In this document: positions 20,205 through 29,700 of the stretch, piece by piece
Layout: every line of letters starts with the position of its first letter
Numbering within the stretch: the first letter of the stretch is position 1
NCBI GenBank assembly: GCA_050331735.1
Contig: JBHJGN010000055.1
Coordinates: 1 to 64,000 of the forward strand
DNA: 64,000 nt
Source: Cyanophyceae cyanobacterium
GTDB taxonomy: Bacteria; Cyanobacteriota; Cyanobacteriia; Cyanobacteriales; JBHJGN01
Reading direction: 5' to 3'
Program-made: the position numbers and the translations under genes
The notes under the pieces: model-generated
Seen by the model: only the letters and a program-made list of their open reading frames with translations
The model's database searches: none
What the model was told of the DNA's origin: nothing

Positions 20205-20798
20205 CTACTCCTCAATTCTCTCAACACAAAGAGCATCCGCTTCCTGTTGACGCAGACTTAAATTAGTTCCCTGGACTTCAATTTCAACTGATTTACTCCA
20301 TAAGGCATGGCGAATCACTGTCAATATTGTTCCTGGCTTTAGTCCCATCGTCAGTAGCTTTCCGGTATAGCCCAGAAAAGCACGTTCGTAACCAACAATA
20401 CAGGCTCTCGCTCCTACTGGCAGCTCTCGCAAATGAGTACTCATATTCGTGGCGCGATGCTGCTCGCTAAAACTCGGATTATTTGTTACTAGAATTTGGC
20501 GAGCCGTCATCGCCCCAAACCCCAAACAATACCCCTGACAAGAAACAATCACTGAACCACCCGCCGTACAGCTAATGACCTCTAGTTCTGCTCCGGTAAC
20601 AACGCCCAGAGAAAGCATACTGATGTCTGTACTCCTGATTGCGGTAATCCAAACGCGATCGCCCGGTTTTGCTTGAGAGAGGGGCATTTCCTGTGGGTTC
20701 CCTGAAGCGCTCATGGCCTCGATGCCAGTTCCCCCCACAAAAGTGAATTGCCATTGCTGACTGCGATACCCGTAATGACCGTGACCATTCTTCATCAT
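20205..20798 (-). CDS. feoA: Tandem FeoA-domain protein
   Basis: Two FeoA repeats (LSLGVVTGAELEV; LLTMGLKPG...LSLRQQEA); start uncertain. Confidence 0.8.
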   Translation of the reverse strand: MMKNGHGHYGYRSQQWQFTFVGGTGIEAMSASGNPQEMPLSQAKPGDRVWITAIRSTDISMLSLGVVTGAELEVISCTAGGSVIVSCQGYCLGFGAMTARQILVTNNPSFSEQHRATNMSTHLRELPVGARACIVGYERAFLGYTGKLLTMGLKPGTILTVIRHALWSKSVEIEVQGTNLSLRQQEADALCVERIEE

Positions 20799-20982
20799 TA
20801 CACCTGGGCAACACTAACAGGGACAGCCTGAGCGCCATACGGAGGACTCGCCTGCCGCGCTCGCTGAGCCTGCATTGAGGCGTTTTCTACCCCCAAAGTG
20901 AAACCAAAAATCATAGTCATTGCCCTCAGCTCTCATCGGTATCTGCAAGTCTTTTTAAGCAAGATACTATTTTTAGCCGCTC

Positions 20983-21003
20983 TATTGCAAGTCCTTTTCA
21001 ATA
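20983..21003. promoter_or_regulatory. Putative Fur box upstream of feoA
   Basis: Imperfect palindrome TATTGCAAGTCCTTTTCAATA; weaker similar copy near 20940-20960. Confidence 0.5.
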
Positions 21004-21314
21004 AAAACATGAGAATGCCTTTACAGAGCAACGCTGGTAAATCAATTCTCGGCTACGGGAACCAAGCTCGTCTTCATGGTCTACAAATCATACCAATTAG
21101 AAAAAGTAAGAGACTTGATGAGTTGGGGGAAAGGGAAGCACAGCAGCTCTTTGTCCTTGAACCTCCAATTGTTGGTTAGTTTGGGAACTATCTGACTACT
21201 TTCGGTAAATGGTATCAGTAAAGATTTAAGATGCTAATAATGTTTAAAAATGCCGTACTCGGACATTGGATTGGCTACCCGTGCTAAGGTTTATGCAGGT
21301 AGTAAATTAACTAT

Positions 21315-21506
21315 ATGAGTGCTTTAGCTCAAGAAATTCTGAGGGATTTCGACAAGTTGCCCAATACAGAGCAACTTAAGATAGCGATAGAGATTCTGCG
21401 ACGAACAGCAAACTTTGACTTTCCTCCCTTGACAGATGAAGATCTATCCTTGAACGCAGAAGAACTATTTCTAGTCTTAGACCAACAAGAAGCGGAGCAT
21501 GAGTAG
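21315..21506 (+). CDS. Putative antitoxin
   Basis: 63 aa, acidic C-terminus, overlaps the start of the downstream mazF-like gene. Confidence 0.7.
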   Translation: MSALAQEILRDFDKLPNTEQLKIAIEILRRTANFDFPPLTDEDLSLNAEELFLVLDQQEAEHE

Positions 21507-21815
21507 TCCTGACCGCGGCGAGGTCTGGCTTGTAGATTTAGGGTATGTCGCAAAAGTGAGACCATGTCTTGTGGTTCGCATTCCTTGTCTGATGCAAGAT
21601 CGAGCTTTAGCGACGCTCGACAAGTCCAAGAGGTTCCCGCTTTGAGGTAGATGTCAAAGCCAGATTTCTGAAGCCAGGAGTTTTTGATGTACAAAACCTT
21701 ATTACCATTCCTCATGCCAAGCTACTAAGAAAACTAGGCAAATTAGACTCAGAGCAGTTATCGCGGGTTGAACAGGCTCTACTCTTCTGGCTGGGGTTTG
21801 AGGATATGAATTCTA
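21499..21815 (+). pseudogene. mazF: MazF/PemK toxin, frameshifted and IS-interrupted
   Basis: MSSPDRGEVWLVDLGYVAKVRPCLV... then a frame change near 21618 into TSPRGSRFEV...LLRKLGKL...LLFWLGFE; last codons lie beyond the IS (23621-23631). Confidence 0.85.
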
Positions 21816-21853
21816 TTGACACTCCCTCGCGGGACACGAGGGATTCTTCTCAG

Positions 21854-23125
21854 CTATAGCCAATCGGCTAAAGAAGGAAGCGTTTTACCCTGACTGCTGC
21901 CCACAGCCAGCTTTTTGATGAGCAGAGCGCTATTATAGTCTCTGTCGCAACTCAGCTCGCATTGAGGGCATGAGTGCCAACGGTCTGAGAGAGTCTTGCT
22001 AACGCGGTTTAGACACTGGCTGCAATACTGAGAAGTGCCTTTGGGATTGACTTTGATGACTCTTGTTCCATATTTTTGTGCTACCTGGAAGAGGATTTGC
22101 ACAAAGTTAGCCACCCCATGAGCGCTCCAAGACTTGTTCAGACCCGCCTTAGCTGAGTTACCGTTGGGCACAAAGGCTCCATCCACTTTTTTTGGTTTAT
22201 TCTTGCGCTTGAGGTTGCGGATTTTCAAGTCTTCAATCGCTAACACCTGACAGCTTCTAGCCAGTTGGTGAGCCTCGCTGTAGTGCCAATGCTTTCTCTG
22301 TCTAGCTATTTTCTGGTGAAGTCTGGCGCTCGCTTGCCGTATGAGTCTTTTCGCCTTCTTGCTACGGCTGCTGTCTTCTAACTTTCTTTGCAGTTTAGCT
22401 AGTTTAGATTCGGCACTTCTTAGATGTTTTTGGGGATGAGCTTGAGAGTTGTTAGAGTCTACATACAGCTTAGAGAGTCCGAGGTCAATGCCAACCGTAT
22501 TTAACTCAGTTGGCACAGTATCAAACTCTGGTTCGGGAACCGACTTGTCCTCAACTGAAAAGCTAACGTAATAGCCATCAGCTTTTCGAGTAATTGAAGC
22601 AGTTTTCAGTTTGAACCCGCAGGGGATATCTCTAGACTTAACAAACTCCAAAATCCCAAGCTTCGGCAGCTTAATCGTCTTTCCGACTAGATTCTTGCCT
22701 CCGACACTCGGAAAGGTAAAAGTGCGATAGCGGCTTTTTCCTTTAAACCGAGGTCGTCCACTCCGAGAGCCGTTACCATCGCCTTTGATAAATCTCTCAA
22801 AAGCTAGCTTGACGCGCTTGACGCAATCTTGTAGCACCTGAGAATAGATTTCCTTGTACCAAGGTCGCTCTTGCTTAAGTTTGGATAAGCTAGCCGATTG
22901 AGAGTGCCAATCAGGGTTATCTCTCAGCTCCCCACATCCTAGTTCGCACCAGCGCAAGCAATAGTCTCCTTGCGGTATCACTAATGCCGAGCGGTTGTAT
23001 TCCCACCAGCGAAACCTGTCTGCCAACCAATAGTTGTACTGCGCTCTAAGCATATCTAGCCAGCAATTAACTTGTTGCCGCTGAGTTGCTGTGAGCTTGA
23101 GTTTGTACTGGTAGGTGAGTCTCAT
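21854..23125 (-). CDS. tnpB: RNA-guided endonuclease TnpB
   Basis: RuvC D (GIDLG), E (IEDL), D (DRDYNSA) all intact; CxxC...CxxC zinc finger. Confidence 0.95.
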   Translation of the reverse strand: MRLTYQYKLKLTATQRQQVNCWLDMLRAQYNYWLADRFRWWEYNRSALVIPQGDYCLRWCELGCGELRDNPDWHSQSASLSKLKQERPWYKEIYSQVLQDCVKRVKLAFERFIKGDGNGSRSGRPRFKGKSRYRTFTFPSVGGKNLVGKTIKLPKLGILEFVKSRDIPCGFKLKTASITRKADGYYVSFSVEDKSVPEPEFDTVPTELNTVGIDLGLSKLYVDSNNSQAHPQKHLRSAESKLAKLQRKLEDSSRSKKAKRLIRQASARLHQKIARQRKHWHYSEAHQLARSCQVLAIEDLKIRNLKRKNKPKKVDGAFVPNGNSAKAGLNKSWSAHGVANFVQILFQVAQKYGTRVIKVNPKGTSQYCSQCLNRVSKTLSDRWHSCPQCELSCDRDYNSALLIKKLAVGSSQGKTLPSLADWL

Positions 23126-23600
23126 GGTAGAATCTTACCACTTACCGTACTTTTGTATCAACCCTTTGAACACTAGATATCGCAGTAGTCGCAGGGCAGT
23201 TTTTAATCTAACCGTACATCTAGTTCTGGTAACAAAGTATCGACGGAGTATTATGACTTCTCAGATGAAACAAGAGCTAGAGACAGTGTTTAGCTCAGTT
23301 CTATCTTCTTGGGACAGTGAGTTAGTAGAGTTCAACTGCGAAGCAGATCATACCCACGCCATTATTTCCTATCCTCCTCACAAATTGCTTAGTTCTCTGA
23401 TTGCCAATTTAAAAGCCACATCATCAAAGACAATGTGGCGCAAGTTTGAACTAGAGTTAAAAAATGTTTATCACAAACGAGTATTTTGGACAGGAGCTTA
23501 CTTTGTCGCTAGTTGTGGTGGAGTGACAATAGATGTACTTAAGCAATATGTTCAAAGTCAAGCTAGTCCCACTGGCGATTCATCCCGTCACCGGAGGTGA
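23115..23600 (+). CDS. tnpA: Y1 HUH transposase TnpA
   Basis: HLVLVTKYRR, EADHTH (HUH), FWTGAYF, KQYVQSQ; true start may be TTG 23166. Confidence 0.93.
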   Translation: MSLMVESYHLPYFCINPLNTRYRSSRRAVFNLTVHLVLVTKYRRSIMTSQMKQELETVFSSVLSSWDSELVEFNCEADHTHAIISYPPHKLLSSLIANLKATSSKTMWRKFELELKNVYHKRVFWTGAYFVASCGGVTIDVLKQYVQSQASPTGDSSRHRR

Positions 23601-23722
23601 GGGTCTTCTCGCCGCAAAAGATAAGGAGTAAACTCCCTAGTGGTAAGTTCCGCCTAGTGCTCATCCTAAACTAGAAATACGCAGTAGATGATGACTGAGC
23701 CTGAATATAAAGAACGTTTTGT

Positions 23723-26700
23723 TCAGTAATTTAAGTTATCTAATTCATCTAATAGTAACGCTTCGGCCTCATACTCTGAAAGCTGCTGAATCTCATTCGT
23801 TGCTGAATCAATCGGGAGCAGTTTTGGGTGAGGAAACAAACTTTGCTCTAGATAATCAGCAAGAGCAGTGACGGTGGGATAATCAAAGGTAATAGGAGTA
23901 GATAGAGAACAATTTAAACTCTTTTGCAGTTGGTTTCGCAGCTCTACAGAACTTAAGGAATCTAGTCCCAGTTCTGTAAACCCTTGCTGAAGCTCGATCT
24001 CGTCCGCCTGGAGGTCGAGGATGTTGGCGACTTGGGAGCAGAGATGAGCCACTAACAGCTCGCGGCGACGCTGGGGCATGGCGGCAGCAAGCTGCGATCG
24101 CAGATTAGGTCCGTCAGGCGATCGCTTGGCAACGAGGTCAGCAAAAAACGGCATAGCTGGTTGCCGCTGGGACCAGTCGATAGGAATCACTCCGACTTGA
24201 GGCGCATAAGCTAACAAGGACTTTAGCCTATCTAAAGCCTGCTGAGGCTCAATTGTACCGATCCCTGGTGCAGGCTTCCAGTGGGTAGCAAGTCCGGTTT
24301 GGCTCCAGGCTCCCCAATTGATACTGAGTCCCGGCAATCCTAATCTGTGACGGTAGTGAGCTAAGGCATCGAGAAAAGCATTAGCAGCAGCATAATTCGC
24401 TTGCCCCGCAGCACCGAGAAGAGACGCAGCCGAAGAATAGAGCATGAAGAAATCCAAGTGATGGTGTTGGGTAGCCACATGCAAATTCCAGGCTCCTCGC
24501 ACTTTAGGAGCCATTACCCGCTCAAACCGTTCCCAACTCTGCTGTTGCAGTACCCCGTCATCCAATACTCCAGCGGCGTGAATAAGGCCCCGAAGGGGAG
24601 GAAGCGAAGCCGTCATTTTCATTAAGTCAGCCACCTCATCAGGATTAGAAACATCAGCCTGCACCACCTGAATCTGGACCTGGTGCTTAAGCTGCTCAAC
24701 GGTAACTTGAGCATCAGGGGATGGCTGGCTGCGTCCGACTAAAATGAGATGCTTGGCTCCTTGCTCAGCTAGCCACTGTGCCGTATGCAGTCCGAGTGCG
24801 CCTAACCCGCCAGTAATCAGATAGCTGCCGTCTGCTCGAATCGTTAGCTGAGGAGCGCGTTCTGGCAGAGTCACCACAATTTTGCCGATGTGCTGCGCCT
24901 GCTGCATGGTGCGGAAGGCGGTGACGGTTTCTTCCTGGGGAAAGACTTGCTGGGGAAGCGGCGTAAGCTTGCCATCCTCGATCTGCTGCATCACCTGGTT
25001 CAGGATTCCTTGAATCAGCGTCGGCTGCTGTTGCGTCACTGCTACCAAATCGACCAGGAAATAAGCCACATCCGGTCTGACCTGAGCGACTTGGCGATCG
25101 CTCCATACGCCATTTTTGCCAATTTCGACAAACCGACCTCCCGACCTTAAAACCGCTAAACTCTTGTCAATAAAGTCTCCGGCGAGAGAATTAAGCACAA
25201 TATCAACTCCTTCCCCGTCGGTCAGCGCTAAAATTTCATCTGCAAAATCCAGAGTACGGGAGTTCATCACGTATTTAACTCCCAGAGAGCGCAGCACATC
25301 CCACTTACCCGGTGAAGCAGTGGCAAATACCTCTGCTCCTGCCTGCTGAGCCATCTGAACGGCGGCTTGTCCCACTCCTCCGGCGGCTGCATGAATTAGC
25401 ACTCGCTCTCCCGATCTCATTTTTGCTAGGGTATGCAGAGTGTAGAATGCCGTCGAAAAGGCAACCGGAATCGTAGCGGCGGTGGCAAAGCTGAGCTTTG
25501 TCGGAACGACTAAAGCGGCCTTCACCGTGACCAATTCCCTAAAACAGCCAGGGGCGATCGCCACTACCGCCTCGCCAATTTCAAAACCAGCGACTCCTTG
25601 CCCGAGAGCAACAATTTCCCCGGTACACTCTAGCCCTAAAGCTCCCGGATCGCCGGGATACAGATCCAGCGCGTTCAGCACGTCGCGAAAATTCAGCCCC
25701 ACTGCCCGCGCCCGAACGGTTACTTCCCCAAATCCTGGTTGAGAACGAGCTGAGGGTTGCCACTGAAGGTTATCTAACGTGCCGCGAGGGTTACTTGTTA
25801 GTTGCAGGGGTTGGAGTGACGACGCTTGCTCCCGGGGATGAACCAGTCTGGCAACGTAGCGGTTGCCGTTGCGGAAGGCGACTCGTTCTCCTTCTCCGGC
25901 ACAGATTTCCGCCCATAGCTGATCTATACTTCCCGATTGGGGATCTAAATCGACCTGAACGCAGTTGAACTCAGGATGTTCTCGGGCGATCGCTCCTGCC
26001 ATGCCCCACAGACAAGACTGAGCCAGTGCCACCCCTCTGCCTGCTACTGCCTGAGCGCCTTGGGTGACTAGCCACAGGCGCGGATTTAGCCCCGTTTGAA
26101 CCAACGCCTGCACGAGATGAAGAGTGCTGCCGCAGGAGTGTTTGATGTAGGTTTCTAAGCTTGACTTTTGAGAAGGCAAGAGGTTCTCCCTATCCCTCAA
26201 AGCAGGAGATTCAAGCTCGCTTGCGTCAGCGTCTAAACTCCATAGGTGAATCACTCCCTGAATTGGACCTACTGTAGTAAGCAGTCGGTAAAAATCCTCT
26301 CGGTGATCGGGATTGACGCGATCCGGTGTCTCCCTGTATTCGCCCGGATCAACTAGTACACATGGCTGTTTAAACTTTGCCGCTAATTGCTGCGCTACGC
26401 CGCCTCGATCGGCGAAAATTAACCACTTACCCTTGGGAAGCTCTGACGACCATTGTAAGGGCTGTCGTCGCCACTCGATCTGGTATAAATCCTGGCTGCT
26501 GGAGCCGCTCAGCCGTTCTCGACTGGCTCGCTTAGCACTGAGTCCATCGAGTTCGGCGATCGCTCCCGCTTCATCGAATAAACGCACATCCGCCGTCACC
26601 ACCGCTTCAGCTCCTTGAGAACGCAAGCGCACGTAGCTCCACAGATGTTGCCCTGGACGACGATAGTAGCGCAGGCGTTCTACCGCCACGGGCAGATAGA

Positions 26701-29700
26701 GGGGTGATTCCGGCAGGAGCGCTAAAATGACCTGACAGCAGGCATCTAATAGAGCCGGATGAAGCTGATAGGCGGTGGCGGATACATTATCGGGTCGCTC
26801 GATCCAGCCGAGCGCTTCTGACCCTCGACCCCACAGTTTCTTGATGCCGCGAAAGCTCAATCCGTAGTCGATGCCGCGTTCTTGACAGTGTCGGTAGTGT
26901 GCTGCCACGTCGATTTCCTCCAGGTGCGATCGCACTGCTAAATCAATCGTCTGCTGAGGCGGCGGCTGCTTCACCAGATTGCCAGAACAGTGTAAGCGCC
27001 AGTCTTCATCACCTAAGCTGTAGATTTCAAACGTCTGTACTGTGCCTGAGTGCAACACCAACTGAACCGTTTGCGGACGATCTGATAGCATCAGTGGCTG
27101 CTGGATCGCCACGTTCTCCAGCATGAGGCTCGGGTTTGCTTCTCCTGCTGCTAAGGCCATTTCCAGGTAAGCCGATCCGGGCAAAATCACCTGTTGGTAA
27201 ACACGGTGATCCTGAAGATAGTGCGGTTGATGACTACTCAACTCAGCCGTAAACAGCGTCTTTTTAAAAGCTGTGGGTGTCCGCTGTCCGAGCAAAGGAT
27301 GAGTGGCTGGCAATGCCTTTAATTCAGTGCGAGGTGGCGGCTCGATCCAGTAGCGCTGTCGCTGAAACGGATAAGTAGGCAGCGACACCCGCGAACAGGA
27401 ATAACCTCGATTGAAGCTCATCCAGTCAATCGTTGCCCCCTGCACGTAGAGTTGAGCGAGGGTTGGTAGAATAGTTTGCCAAGGCGATCGCTGCGGATGT
27501 AGACTCGGTAGCCAATGACAGTCGGGTTGCTTTATTGTTAAGCGTCCTAACTGAATGAGCGTGGGTTGGGGTCCGCATTCGAGAAAGATGGTAGTGCCTA
27601 ATTGCTGAAGCGTTTTAATGCCGTCGGCAAATCGGACCGTAGAGCGAATCTGACGACACCAATATTGGGGAGTCGCTATTTCAGCACCAATGCGATCGCC
27701 GGTTACAGTAGAAACAATCTCTAGCCGTGGCGTGGCGTACTCAATTTGGCTCGCTACCTGCTCAAACTGAGCCAGCATTGGCTCGATTAGCGGTGAGTGA
27801 AAGGCACAAGGTCCGGGCAACACTTTCTTTGGTCCGTTTAGACAAGCGATCGCCTTCTCCACTGCCTGCTGAGGACCAGAAACAACGACCCTTTTAGGAG
27901 CATTGATAGCGGCGATTGCTATCTCAGGATAAGGGGCGATCGCCTCTCTGACTTGAGCTGCGCTTGCCGCTACCGCTACCATTATTCCCCGCTGCGGTAA
28001 CGCCTGCATCAAACGACCTCTCGCCGCCACCAGTTTGAGGGCTGCTTCTAAACTAAATACGCCCCCCACACAGGCAGCGACGTACTCCCCTAGGCTATGT
28101 CCGAGGACAGCACTGGGTGTAACGCCCCAACTGATCCACAGTTGAGCCAAAGCATACTCTAGGGCAAATAGGGCCGGTTGGGCATAGACGGTTTGATTTA
28201 GAAGCTCGGCAGATGAATAGATCTCAAGGAGAGGTTTGTCTAAATCAGGTTCTAAAAAAGTGGCGCAGCGCTCAAGGGTAGTGCGAAATTGGGATTGAGT
28301 TTCAGAGAGTTCCTGCCCCATGTTGAGGGACTGAGAACCTTGACCTGTAAACAGAAACGCGATTTGAGGGCGTTGACGGTTAGCAATGCCTCTCCCCGAT
28401 TGGGTTGGCTGCTGAGCGAGAACCTGAAGCTGTTGGCGTAACTCGAGCTTAGATGTCGCTACTACCGCCAGCCGATGCTCAAAGGTTGCTCGTCCAGTAT
28501 TGACAGTAAAGCAAATATCTGCTGTTGAGGCTTCGGTCTGCTGCAAAAATTGCCCGTACCGCGTCACTAACTCCCGCAGCGCTGGCTCACTCCGAGCCGA
28601 AAGCGCCAAAAGATGACCAGGACGCTCAATAGCCTGTTCTCTTCTTCTCACAGGAGCTTCTTCTAAAATGACGTGAGCATTCGTCCCGCCAATGCCTAGG
28701 GAATTAACGCCAGCACGACGAGGGTAATCGGTCTGCCAATCCTGTCGGGCTGTGTTGACGTAAAAGGGACTGTTGGCAAAATCGATCTGGGGATTGGGAG
28801 TATTGAAGTGCAGACTGGGAGGCAACTGTTTGTGATGCAGCGCGAGGACAGTTTTAATGAACCCCGCAATTCCTGAAGCAATTTGCAGATGACCCACATT
28901 CGTTTTCACCGAACCGAGAGCACAGTAGCGCTTCTGCACAGCCTGAGTACCAGAGCGAAACGCCTGGGTCAGTGCTGCCACTTCAATCGGGTCTCCTAGG
29001 ATCGTGCCAGTGCCGTGAGCCTCGACATAGCTGATGGTTTGGGCCTCCACTCCGGCGACAGCCAGGGCTTGGGCAACAACATTGGCCTGTCCCTCCCCGT
29101 TAGGAGCCAGATAGCCTACTTTCGTGCCGCCATCGTTGTTAATAGCTGAGCCTTTAATCACTGCATAGATGCGATCGCCATCAGCAACCGCCTCTTCCAA
29201 GCGTTTCAGCACCACCATTCCCGCCCCACTGCCGAAAATGGTTCCCTGAGCGTTAGCATCAAAGGCGCGACAGTGACCGTCCGCCGAAAAAATAGTTCCC
29301 TCCTGATACAGATAGCCGACTTGAGGAACGTGGACGGATACTCCCCCCGCTAAGGCCATGTCGCATTCTCCGGTGAGCAAGCTTTGGCTGGCCAGATGCA
29401 CCGCTACTAGGGAAGTAGAGCAAGCCGTTTGGACATTCACGCTCGGACCCGTGAGGTTCAGCTTGTAGGAAACTCGCGTGGTCAGATAGTCCTTATCGTT
29501 GGCCACCGTCGCCTGAAACCCCCCTGTGGAGCTGAGGGTAAAGACTTGTAGATCGCTGTCCGCGTCGAGGTAATGGCGGTTCGGGTAAACGTTATTTAAA
29601 AAATAGGTGTTGGCAGCCGCGCCAGCGTAGCAGGCGATCGCACCGGGATAGGTCAAAGGACTGTAGCCCGCATCCTCTAAACTTTCCCAGGCACATTCAA

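Larger units (their letters stand above)
21816..23620 (-). mobile_element. IS200/IS605-family element, IS605 type (divergent tnpA/tnpB)
   Basis: Right end on - strand: GAAT-CCCTCG..CGAGGG-AGTG-TCAA; left-end hairpin 23574-23613 adjacent to TTAT; excision restores the mazF tail. Confidence 0.9.

Noticed and set aside
20898..21179. 93-aa ORF
   Set aside because: Overlaps the feoA upstream region and putative Fur box; no recognisable features.
21854..23125. Cas12 or nuclease-dead TnpB derivative
   Set aside because: No array, catalytic residues intact, and it lies inside a complete IS with tnpA.
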